DNA of 64,000 nt. It comes from Haplodiscus bocki (taxonomy: Eukaryota). Positions 41,701 to 53,907 of the stretch are shown piece by piece. The stretch lies in assembly GCA_965655095.1 (NCBI GenBank), contig OZ296652.1:73408001-73472000 (forward strand), given 5' to 3'. Within the stretch, counting starts at the first letter, position 1, and every line of letters begins with the position of its first letter. Below the pieces are notes generated by a model. It made no database searches. It saw only the letters and a list, made by a program, of their open reading frames with translations, and had not been told where the DNA came from. The translations under genes and the position numbers were made by a program.

Positions 41701-43579
41701 AAGTTTTTACATTATCTAAAGTTTAGCGCGTTCATATCACTTGAAATGAGGAACCGTTTAAGCAAGGTGTACAGCAGAGCAGTGAGTTTTGATGCGAGTT
41801 TCGACTGTAGGGGAATTTTTTTCATGGAGTTAGTGCCGAAAATTGACAAAGAATAGGTTTCCTTAGCCTTTGTCGACTCTCCCGAAAACTTTTTTTCCGG
41901 TTGTACAAACAATAAAAGTGAACTGGACTTCGTAATGCCCAATGAATTGCCTGGAGAAGCAGTTGAGAGTATTTCAGGGTACGGTTGGTCGTAGATAGCA
42001 GGTCCGGCCAAAGTACTCTTTAGATGTAGAACATTTTTTCAATTGTTTTTGCCCTTTGCGGTAAATTACTACAACTCGCATCACCTGGAAAATTTCCTCG
42101 AGTGTATTTCTCCTACTAAACCTCAGCATGTCCCGAGTGACCATGTGAACTCGGGGTAGCGTGAAAAATCTTTTAGTCGAGAATGTTAATCGAGGAAACA
42201 GCTTTTTGGGAAGTTTTTTTGTTTCCGGATACGTATTTCTTTACTTAACACCTAGTTTTCTACTTTTGGAAATTTGTTGCTCGGAGAAAGCCTTTGCTAA
42301 AAAGCGGCTGGCTTCCATTGACTTTTGAGATGACAAAAGTTTTTTTTTCAGCTAATTTTGTTTGAAGTTATACTAGTTACCTTGAACCTCCGCTGTTGTC
42401 TCTTGGTTGTTCTTTGCCTAATCTCTCGGGACTTTGCTACATGCTCTCTGGCATTGCATAAGCATGTGGTCTGCGTTGTAGTCAAGAGGTTGAGTACCTT
42501 CGCGAGCCTTGCGGTAAGCACCTTTGCGCTGATGTTTTTTAGGTTTTTTTGCATGTTCGTAAGCCCGCCCTCAATTTTTTGACTCCCCCTTTACATATAC
42601 TCAGCCTTACGGGCCGCGCTGACTTGAGGTATCGTTGCTGACCTTTACGTGGTCTCTTTTCTCTGTTGACTATTCCTTGTTTACCTCTTGCTTGAGGGAT
42701 TGTTGTCGACTTTTTGCGGACCTTGCCGACAGTGGGCCATGTTGATTTCTTTAACCAAACTTTGCTCCATTTAGTTGAGAACGGTTTCTCATTTTCGTGT
42801 TCAAAATTCACAATTGACAGCAGCTTTGTTAGAATGAATGTGATATTTCGCCGTGGTGATTTTGATGAGAGATATTCTAATCTGTACACTTCAGATCGAT
42901 GAAAAAACTCATGTCAAGTGAAAGTCTTTTTAGGCATCAAAAGTGATCTTGTTTTTAGATTTAAGGGGGAGCAAAAGGTACCCCTTTGAATTTAAGTGTC
43001 TGCACGTCCTATCATTTCTCTTAAGTTTATGGTAATTCATAATTCTAATTTGCTAGAATTTGGCGATCTCTTGCGACCAATTCTCTTGGGATTATTTTGC
43101 AGATTAGAGTCTTCGAATGCAAACTCATTGGAATGTCTATATCACGTATGGGGTCACGGGATATTTGAAGAAAAAGGTTAACTCCAAAGGAAATTTCATG
43201 AACAATTAGTGCCCGAATTTTTAGTAACCGAACAATTATCAGAGTTTGTCCTTTAAAAGCCACTTTGTTTAAAAAAAACTTGAATTAACTAAGATGAGTA
43301 ACCGTCTTTCTAAATGAATATCAGACCAGAGCCTTTTTTCCTTTCCCTTCCTTTTGTTTTTTTATACATGTTAATGAAATGGAAAGTATTATAAACAGAA
43401 AAAAAGCTCGACTGAGTGTCCAGCTCTTGCAGCTGGGCCTGACATCTTTAATAGTGAAGTTTTGAAACCGAATCTTTTTCCGGATCTCTTTGCTTCCCTT
43501 CTGCTGTGGCAGAGGATATCTCTTCTGCTATGGCAATTAATTTCAGCTAGCTACTTTAAAGGTTGTTGGCCATAATGTT

Positions 43580-45565
43580 GATGTCGCATCCATTTATTGG
43601 CGTGGTTCTCTAGACTTTTTTCCGTTTTCCTCTCAAAGCAATAAGTGCGCTACGTATAAGGGTAAATTAAATCCATTTTCGAATGAACGTGATTGCCTCG
43701 ACGTATAAAGATTTTGTCTTTTCGCTCAATTTTTCAGCCAAAACTTTCCCAAGGCATCTAAATGTTGGCTGATCTGCAAGTCTGAGGGAATACCAACTGA
43801 AGCTAAAACAATTTTCAAAAAACACCGGAATAAACATCACTCAAACCGCACAGAAACATTTGGGAGCCGTTATAGGTCAAACAGAATATTGTAGGAAGTT
43901 CACAGAGAAACAAAATCAAAACCTGGAGAAATCAATTTAGGGCATTGTCAACAGCAGCGCAATCCCAGCCCCATCTCAGCTGCATAGTGTACACCGAATT
44001 CTCCAGAACACGTGGAAGTATTTCCAGAGGAACCTTGACAATATGAGCGATTTATTGAAACCCTTAGAAGAAATTCGTAGCTTCGTGGACGTTATCACCG
44101 GACATCAAAACATTTCTGACACGGATAGAGACATTACTGCCCTACCTATTCGGTATGGAGGAATGGGGATTACAAATCTGTCTCAGCAATGCCGGCAACA
44201 ATTCTGCAAAGATGATTTTCTAACTGAAGCATTACAAAAAGCATTCATGTCTGGAGAAGCTTTTCAATCTGATCCTGACCGGAAATTGAAAATAAAAAAA
44301 AACATAGTGCAATCAGCCAAAAAATGTCCTACGATCCATAAAATGCAGAGACACTTAGAACTATTGCAAGCAAAAAGAACCTCAACATGGTTGACATCAT
44401 TAGCATCCAAACAACAAAGAATGTACTTCCACAGAGAAAATTTCAAAGATGCAATACATTTGAGATATGGGTGGGGTATTAAGGATCTCCCTCGCCTATG
44501 TGAATGCGGGAAGGAAAACACCAATGACCACGCAACGACATGTCAACATGGAGGATTTGTAACCCTGAGACGTAACGCGATACGAGATTTTATCTTACTC
44601 CCGAACGTATGCGAAGACGTCGAAATTGAACCGGCTCTGATACCTCCCAACTCAGGAGATATTCTCTCGCACAGCTAATTCAGATGAGAATGTGAGGCTC
44701 GACGTATCATGCCGAAGTTTCCGGCGACCTCTACAGAAATCTTTTTTCGACGTGAGTGTAACCCACCCAAACTGTCCCAGTCAAGTGAATCAACCCCAGA
44801 AAACAATCCTGAAACCAAACAAAACAATTAACAAGACCCAACACAATGAACGTGTACGTGGAAGTTGAAATGCTAGCTTCACTCCACTCGTCTTTAGCAC
44901 TAACGGTGCAAGAGGTGAAGAGGCAACTCATTTTCACAAAGTTTTGACTGAAAAATTGAGCGAAAAGACAAAATCTTTATACGTCGACGGATTTCGGTGT
45001 ACACTATGCAGCTGAGATGGGGCTGGGATTGCGCTGCTGTTGACAATGCCCTAAATTGATTTCTCCAGGTTTTGATTTTGTTTCTCTGTGAACTTCCTAC
45101 AATATTCTGTTTGACCTATAACGGCTCCCAAATGTTTCTGTGCGGTTTGAGTGATGTTTATTCCGGTGTTTTTGGAAAATTGTTTTAGCTTCAGTTGGTA
45201 TTCCCTCAGACTTGCTGATCAGCCAACATTTAGATGCCTTGGGAAAGTAACCATACTTTGGGCGAAAGTCTTTTATCTGGTCCTCCCACTTCTTAAAAGG
45301 CAAAAGTTCACCCAGGCAGGCAGCGTCATCCGCAAACCATTCCTGTAGTATTTTCTCTCCTTCGAATCTTTCCATCAAGGGTTTGATACCGATAGCGGAA
45401 TGGGTCATTGTGATGTTGTCCCCTTGTGTAGTGCCTTCTTGCGATTCAAGTTCCATGCCTTTCCCGATGAACAGGCGTGCTGTTTTCTGGTACATGTTCA
45501 TTAGATAGCAGTGGATTTTGGGACAGATGAATTAGCGTTGTGTAGGTACAATTCTCGGTTCTCAA
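43580..45565 (-). mobile_element. 5'-truncated, internally inverted CRE-like (RT plus restriction-like endonuclease) non-LTR retrotransposon
   Basis: RT motifs EGTTQGD, WFADDA and YGYFP on the minus strand (45097-45501). The inverted middle on the plus strand has LPIRYGGMGI, CECG..H..C.HGG knuckle, EIEPAL and RLDV..FFDV.VTHP. The C-terminal IRSALIALRG resumes on the minus strand at ~43630-43700. Confidence 0.85.
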
Positions 45566-45714
45566 AAAGCCACTTTTTTCGGATACTGAAAAATTGTTTA
45601 CATCAACTTGCTCAAACCTTCTTTTTTCGAAAGCCGTTGATGCTTACTTAATTGAAAATGACGTTATCTTACTTTCGTGATAATACAAGATTTTAAAAAC
45701 TTTTTGAGAAATAT

Positions 45715-48237
45715 ATGGAACGATTTTTACAAGAAAATTTAAACTTGAACAGTGTAACTTTGGGTCAACACAGAGGAGGTGGCTGTTTGAACGAAGGGCA
45801 GTCTTACCAAACCGAAAATGGGTTGTTGTATGTGAAGTATAACAAGAAGCGTGGATCTGATGTAATGTTCACTGGCGAATATGAAAGTTTGGCTGCTATC
45901 AGAGACACTAAAACAATCAGGGTCCCTTCGCCAGTGAAATCTTTCAACGATACTCCTCTGGGGTACGTTTTAGTCATGGAGTTTCTCGAACTCGAAAGTT
46001 TGCGTGGAGCATCTGAGATGTTGGGAACAAAATTGGCCGAATTACACAAACATAATATGGATAATAAAGTAATAAGCAAGTTTGGATTTCATGTCACTAC
46101 CTGTTGCGGTGAACTGCCGTTGAACAATCAGTGGCACGAAGACTGGCTGCAGTTTTACGCGAAGAATCGACTCCAAGTACAAGTGGATATGTTAATTGAG
46201 AAACGCAACAGCTCTCCAGTTGGAGATTTGAAAACACTGCATGATCTGCTCTTGAGGAAAATCGCATCTTTCTTCAAAGATATTCAGGCTAGTTAAACTG
46301 AGTTACTCTGGAAAAAAATAACTCAGAAAAACATGCATGAATTGAAATATTATGTTCAAGTCGGTGCGTGAAACAAGCCGGACTGCATATCGTGGTTATT
46401 TTAAGTGAACTCCTGAGCGAACATTAACGTGTTTGAAGCTCGAACACTCAAACGTTTCGCAGAACGCAATCCAAGCAAACGTTTCTTAGAGTTTTGATAA
46501 CATTACAAAGGTCTTAATTTCATCCAAGTCGGACGTAAATTCAAGAAGGTAGAGGCCGCCTATTTTGGATTTTTTTCGTAATTTTTGCGCCTTGTGCACA
46601 TTTTGTGAGACTAATTGAGACTAATAATTTCAATTTAATTTGGCCAACTGAACCTTTACAATCACCCGAAGTCATGATAAACCAATTGAATCAAATTTCA
46701 GTTTCTTTGAAAAGTCTCGTTGTTTTCAAAGATATCTTGGTATCCATGGATAAAGACTTCGATATATCAATCTTCAAAAAAATGCAGCAAAACACAAAAT
46801 TCCCTGTTTTACAATTTGACCCTTTTAAATTTGTCTAGGCTTTCGACTAGCTTGAGTTTTGCTTGTATGTTACATAAATTATTGTTTTTCTGTATTTTTT
46901 TTACACATTCTGACTGTTGAATGTGTATTGGAAACCGGGTTATGCGATTTTTTATCTTGTTCAAAACTTGCATTTTGTGACATCATCAGAGAGTCTAGTC
47001 ATCTAGTGTAAAAAGGTCAAAAAGAGACCTTTTTGAAAGATCTTGCCAGGTATTTGTTTGTTTTCGCGTTCTGAAAAGTGCAAATTTTTTGATAATCGGT
47101 TTGAAAAATGAACAACAACGTTCCAAAAGGTAATATTTCACATAACAATGTTTTGAATATGACAATGCTAAAATTTCGAGCTCTCAAAATAGTTATTTTT
47201 GACGTCTTGTTGGCAAATATTGGCCATTTTGAGAGCTCAAAGTTTTTTACATGTAAAGTTTTCTGGGACATATAGTATTGTTCATTTTTTGGCGTTATTT
47301 TGTGTACGTCTTCTAAACATTGGGCCACAAAATATAGAATCTTAAAAAAGTGATGATTGACAGACCAACTTTTCGAGTACCTGACACTGTCACAGGTTCT
47401 TGTTTCCCTATGACGTACGTTTTTTCTCGGAATGCTCGTTGTTGGGCAAATTCTGTTCGAAGTTTTCTGCTTTTGCTGGTGCAATTGAGGTATGAATTCA
47501 TGTATTTTTTAATCCCAGAATGTTTTTTTGTCGCGTAATCGAGCTATTTCATTTTGTTTACCTGCGCTTGAATGGAAAGTTTACTATATGTGAAGTAGTC
47601 CTGGTGCAAAGTAATGCAGCGTTGTCTCTTTTGAACATTCATTGTTCAGGAATTTTGCTAGACGTGAAGTTGAAAACGGGTTTTGCCTAATTTTAATCCA
47701 AGTCGGTTGGTTCATCCAAAAAGTTTCGTCCAAAAATAATAATTTTTCAAACATACTAATAGCTTGTGCTACGATGTTTGAGGCCCTTTTTTTGTGACAT
47801 GGATACCGAGCCGATTTGGGTCATTGCCGGCTTGTTATAGACTTTCAATGCCTAGAAATGCAAACGATAGTTGCAAAACATTTATAGACTCAATCAAAAA
47901 CAATTTTTGCTGAGCTCCTTCAATTGTTTAGGTTGAACCCTCGTTGCTTCATGGTGACCTGTGGAGCGGTAATGTTGGGCAAGTCTGCAAAGAACCAGTA
48001 ATCTTCGACGCCGGATCTTTTTACGGTCATTCGGAGTTTGATTTTGGTATTGCTTCTATGTTTGGAGGTTTCTCTAATAAGTTTTACGATGCTTATTTCA
48101 AGGTGTTGCCGAAACAGAAAGGGTTTGATGAACGGAACAGTTTGTATGAATTGTTCCATCACCTTAATCACTGGAACCATTTCGGGTCTGTTTATCGATC
48201 AGGAACAATTTCTATTTTGAAATCTCTCACCAAGTGA
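45715..48237 (+). CDS. FN3KRP: Fructosamine-3-kinase / ketosamine-3-kinase family; exons 45715-46287 and 47932-48237, 292 aa
   Basis: GGGCLN, YVKYN, MFTGEYESL, TIRVPSP, FGFHVTTCCG, PSLLHGDLWSGN, YGHSEFDFGI, YELFHHLNHWNHFG. Intron is GC-AG (CAG|GCTAGT ... tttag|GTT). Probably co-orthologous to FN3K and FN3KRP. Confidence 0.93.
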
Positions 48238-48806
48238 TTTTAATGTTCAAGTGAACTAAATTATTCATACTTCGATATATTAAATGATTTATAGATTTTG
48301 CATTTGGTTGGCTCGTTTGAAATAATTTTCACTAGAAGTATGGGTATGAAATTGACAAGTTTCGAAGACTGACTTCTGCTCTAGGAAAGTTCAAACTTGC
48401 TCCTGCAAAAAACAAAATTTTCCAACTTTTCGGAGTATTACAGTGGTGTCCGGGAATTCAGTACCATAAAATAAAAGGATCTTCGCTGTTTTTTTAGTTA
48501 ACACTGCAAATTTGTGTTTCGGCTGCTTTTTTGTTTCGCAGAAACCTGTGGAAAATAAGTGCCGCTAAGAATGCAGACTTTTCAATACTAATTTAAATCC
48601 AATCAAATTGTCAACTTTTGAATTCCTGACAAGATGCTGAAAACGGACGCTGTTTTTGGAAAGTTTCATTTTCGTGATATTTACGTTTTTTCTTTCGTGT
48701 TGTGTTCTTTTCGCTAGATTTTTTGGAAGTATAGATCAAAGTTACCATTGGGAACAAAACACATTTTTTTTCAGATTCAATGTAGGCTCGAGCTCTTACA
48801 AAAATA

Positions 48807-51800
48807 ATGACATCGTCAGAGAGTGATTTAGAGAATGGTGACGATGGCTGCTCTCATAGTGCTCATATGTTGCTGGAAGATGCCAAATACCTCTCTTTCT
48901 TCTTCTCTGTGTGGCCTTCAAGACTTGCAGCTTTCGATACTCAGAAACTGGTCATCATATTCTTTGCTATCTCTTCTTGTGCCTCTGCCAATTTGATGCA
49001 TATATGCTATAAAGCTGCAGGGTCTCGCGAGAAACTTGTGGAATGGATATATTCTCTCGTGGTACCTGCAGTAAGTGTTGTTTAACTTTGTCTTTAAATT
49101 GCTTTGTTATCATTTGAGAGTAGGTTTTTCTTGAAAATGGTTTAAGAACTGGAAATAATTTTTTGACTCCTGGTTTTTCTTTCGTATCGGAATGTTTGGG
49201 GTCTGATGTAATGCAGCTCAGGTGGGCAATTTAAGAATCTGGAGTTAGTTCGTTACCCCAAATGCGAAAAGAGTGTCATTTGTTTTTTTATCTTCGAATT
49301 CCTTAATCAGAGTGTTTTTGGTACCCAATTTTGGGACAAAAAGTACCCGATTATCATTGACTTTTGTTGTTTTAGACCATCGAATTCGACGAATTTTTAC
49401 AAAATTTTCTGAAATATAGCGTTGGAATCCTCGGCTTTTGTCCGTCCTGGAAAGGACAACTCAAAGCCGAGAAACGTAATATATTAGGTACAAGAGTGCA
49501 TCATCGTTTGAATTCAGAGCGTCCTGTTAAAGTACAGGGGCGAAATAAATAATGAAAAAAAGGAGCTATAAAAGGATAAATATAAAACTTAAAATAGCAG
49601 AAAAAAACATTAAGCGCAAATCTTTCTAACTCATAATGTGGATTTTTGAATCCCTAAATCATATACTTTGTCAAGGGTAATAGGCTATGTTGGAAGATGA
49701 GCGCTTCGAATGCAAACAAGATCCGATGATCTTATGAGTACAATCACGGTTTTACTCAAAAACCAGAAAAACAAGCCCTCGAAAACTTGCGACCGTGTTT
49801 TCCTCACCTCAGCCTTCCCTCCTCCACAGCCTGCCGTCCATTGAGAAGTAAACTACGTTTGACGGCTTTTTTGATGTGAATCCTGGCGTATATGGTATCA
49901 AGCGCAAAGCAGACCATTGTGCGGATTAATGTAATCACGTTGGATTATGCGTCGTCTTTCTTTCCGCTGACTATTCCGGTGACCCAACTCATCGTTCGCA
50001 CCGCTGAAGTTCCCGTTTAAAACAGAAACTAATGGGATGAACCTTGAGTTCTCCCATTCGATCATTTTTTGTTCGTATTTGAAAGCCTACAGCTGTTCAT
50101 CGTATTCATAAAAGCCCGATATCATGCGGACAACTTTTCGCGAGGGTATTGAATGCATTGACATCAAATGCTTCTGATTGAATCGCGTTCCTCGTGATCC
50201 ATTTACATTAATATCTAAGCTAGATTCGTCTACAGTGCTCGCTGATTTTTTGCGAAAATTCTCACCTTGCAATGCTTGGAAATGAGACCCTTTCATCATC
50301 ATAGCAAATTTCTTGCAATTTTTCTCAAAATTTCTCCGATCTTTTTGTGTGATATGCGTGTAACCACCAGTGACACAATTCAGGGTATGGGTCTCTGTGA
50401 AGTTTTCACTGCTAGTGCCTTTGGGCGTTTCTTGGGTTCAATTTCGGATCTCAGAGCTATTCGATCTCTAAACTTTGATTCTGTGAGGTTGAAACCATAT
50501 CTCTGCAAAGCAGAGGTGATCAACCAGCTCAACGGGCCATTCTCAGCGGCTCTATCCATTGCATGGGTTTGATCCGTGGAAAGTTCTCGTATCACTTAAC
50601 GTCTGAGCCTTTCTGTTCTTCGTTTTGCTCGCTTTCTGGTTCGCTGGTATCAAATTCGGAAAGAGGAACAGACTTGCTCGGTCTTCTGATGGAGATTTTC
50701 ACATTGAAGCTTCGTTCAGAATAAGAGGCTGAATTTGTGCTGCACAGTTTTCGTGATCGATTTGTTGACGTTCCGGTGTAACTTTGGATTTTGTGGCCAA
50801 CTTTTCTAACAAAGTAGAATGCTCTGAAACCTCTGCTTGTCGTGGAAAGAAGGATGAAAGATCAATATGCGCTGGGTATTGCAATTTCTACATCTAAATC
50901 TGCGAAAGCAGTGGCTCCGTTCTCTTGCAATACCGACTTCGTGATTAGGTGTCATTTAGTCAGATGGTAACCGACAGCTTGACCATGTTTTTGATTTGCT
51001 GAACTAATTTGCAGAATTCGCGGATTTTTCCGCTAAGCAAAGGGTCTCCCTGTGATGTTCCTTCCTGCAACGAGACTTTTTTTTATCGATAAAAAGTTTT
51101 GATGGGAAAGCGTAGAAATTACACAGCGCGTTGAAGATGGACGGACATAGTCTCTTAACATTACCCAATTTGAGCTCTCGGTTGATGCTATTGGATGCGT
51201 TTTTGATTGGTGCTTCACTTTTAGTAGTAAACTCTCGCCTAACTATCGCCATTCCTAGCTTGTTAGCATCTATCAGCAATACACCATGTGCTCCGTTCCC
51301 TCGAACTGCTCCTTAGTGAGCGTAGCGCGTGCTCTATGCCATATTTTTAACCTAGGAGCTTCAAGTGTTCCTTCAGACAATCTGGGATGCTCCGAACGAT
51401 TATTTATTGAATAATTTTGCCGAATCCGATCGCTTTCAGTATTTCTAGGTATAAGAATACAAAAATCCCAATTTCTTTCACAAACCAAATACCGCAATAT
51501 TTCGTGATACCTCTACGTTTACATATTTTGGGCAGTGCGGGCAGCATCGACTTCAGACTTCCTGGCTTGTTAGAAGGTATAGCAGGATTTTTTAAAATTC
51601 GGATTTATTCAATTTTTTTAGCTGGTGATTATAATTATAACTTGATTAAATATGATTTGTAATTTGATATAATTATTATAATTATACAGTTTTTTTATGT
51701 TTCAGAATCCTGCTGGTGCACCAACAAAAACTTATTCAGACAAAGGTTTTAGGCCTTCGCATTGGTTGACTATCGAAGCTTCAGGGATTAATGAAATATC

Positions 51801-52953
51801 GACTGAGTTGTGTCGCATCCAAAATTGCTACGACTCGTCCCATCTAACAATGACTCATGTTGGTCTGTTGGCTTTATTATGTCTAGAAGACGACCTTTCG
51901 CAAATTAACAGGGCTAAAATTCTTGAACATGTCAGCGCACTTCAAACGCAATCTGGATGCTTTAGTAAGTGGCTTGAGTTTTTGTAAACCCAAGTGTTGA
52001 GATTTTTGTGGTCAAATATATTAAAACTCCTAAGGTGATTATCGGATAGCGTAGTATGCGTTGAAACGGCGTTATCAAATGTATTTGTTTTGAATACTCG
52101 TTTTTGTACATAAAGGGTTAAAAAGTTTTGCAGGCGTTAGCAATTTATTTGACATAAACTTGTTTTTAGGTTGTCACCCTTTTGAAGGAGAAGCTGACAT
52201 CCGTTTTGTTTACGCTGCTGTTTCTATTTGCTTCATATTAGATGATTTCTCAGGAATTGATTGTGAAGGTTGTGCTCAGTATGTGAAAAGTTGCCTGTCC
52301 CCAATCGGAGGAGGTTTTGGGCAGAAACCAGGTGGAGAAGCGCATGCTGGATGCACATATCTCTCTTTAGGTAAAACTTAACATGTTTATTTGGGCTCAT
52401 GAGCTAGTCATGCAGTATTTCTGGCCATCTCCTGCTAAAACTGAACTGATTGACATTCACCATTTTTCCTCATACCAAATTTGGGCACTCAGCTCTCACA
52501 TTTGTTTCAGCTAGTTTGAAGCTGATGGGAAGATTAGATATCTTAAATGAAAAGGAGAAAGGAAAATTGATACAATGGCTAGTATGTAGGCAAATCCAGG
52601 GCTTTAACGGACGGCCCCAGAAAGATGAAGATACCTGTTACTTCTTTTGGGCAGGGGCATCTTTATCGATTTTGGGTCATTTCAACTTGATAGACCACGC
52701 AGCTGCTAGAAAGTTTGCTGCGAAATGTCGTGGGCCTTGGGGTGGATATTGTAAAACCAAGTACTGTAGCGAGCCTGACCCTCTTCATTCACACTGCGTC
52801 ATATCAGCCCTCGCTCTGGACCCGGAGCTTAATGACGTCAGCGATAGTGCAATGATCGCTTTAAACGATGCTTTAGACATTCCGGAAAAATATCATCAGC
52901 GACTGAAACAACTGCATCAAAAGTGGCGCCGAAGCATTGGGGAATCTGATTGA
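48807..52953 (+). CDS. PGGT1B: Geranylgeranyl transferase type-1 subunit beta; exons 48807-49070, 51706-51964, 52170-52370, 52511-52953, 388 aa
   Basis: IIFFAISS, EWIYSL, GFRPS, HLTMT..L.DDLS.INR, EADIRFVYAA, GFGQ.PG.EAH, GFNGRP.K.EDTCY (Zn-binding Asp/Cys), DPLHS (Zn-binding His). All three GT-AG introns are phase-consistent (0, 1, 1). Confidence 0.92.
49850..51330 (-). mobile_element. Degenerate CRE-like non-LTR retrotransposon in PGGT1B intron 1, antisense to the gene
   Basis: Minus-strand peptides VLLIDAN, NSINRE..LCP..NFY.FPSKLF, GPLSWL...GFNL..SKFRDRIALR, LQGENF..SA...LDINVNG and VITLIRT..CFAL, in the same order as the 43.6-45.6 kb element; many frameshifts. Confidence 0.75.
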
Positions 52954-53907
52954 ATAATTGTTTATTTATGCTTTTATAACATTTTTTGATACAGTTCAAG
53001 TTTGACTAATAGCATTTTATAGGTATCTTTTTCAAATACAAATTTTGATCAATATTTGAAATCGAAATTAACGAACTTTTGTATTGTAATGTTTAATCAA
53101 CCAGAAGTAATTTTTCATTAATTATCTTCAGCTGCTTTAAAAAATTTGGAAATGTTTTTGTGGTAAATCTGAGAGAAGGCAGGAATGAATGTGCTGTGCT
53201 AAATCCTAAAATGGTTGATGCCATTGTTAATTTATCAGTAAAAACTAACGCAAAATCTTTAGCGTTTTCAACTTTCGATTTTTTCAACCACCCTGGGTGT
53301 AGGACTGCAGAAGGTCATCTGAGAAAGCATTCAATATCGTTGAGAGAGGTGGTTGCAAGTGCTCGAAGATATTTAGAGAACAATTATCGGACTTTTATTG
53401 AAAACTCATGAAACCGGCAGGTAGAAAAAGTAAATCGTGGTCCAAAATGAGAAACTTTTGAGAGAAACGACCAAAAATATCCAGCCAGCAGTTGGGGTTT
53501 CGATTTCGAAATGCTCAACTCAAGTCCACCGACCGATAGGTGATTCTGGTCGAATAATTTGTTGGTCGTTTTTGCTGAAGGTGGATTTTCTGAAACATTG
53601 AAAATTTCTTCGTTTGTATACAAAGGGTTCTGTGTTCGTTTTTTTCCGAAGTCCTGAAACAATATTGGGAAATTTCCTGCTCTCTTACAAAACAAGTTCT
53701 CATTTCTGAAATTTCTCCCGATTGAAGTCGTTTGCCTCTTCATCGTGTATCAGGTCGTTTCATATATAATGATGTTATTTTGCGTCATGTAATTTTAGTC
53801 ATCATGTAAATTGTGGAATTTACACATCCAATACACCTGTCAAATAATGGTTCATTTTCAGTATGTGCATGATAGTGTAGGGTTTTTAGGAAAGTTAGGA
53901 GGCGTTT

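Noticed and set aside
43300-51400. SL RNA gene as the target of the CRE-like elements
   Set aside because: No repeated leader, donor plus Sm-site unit is recognisable at the element flanks.
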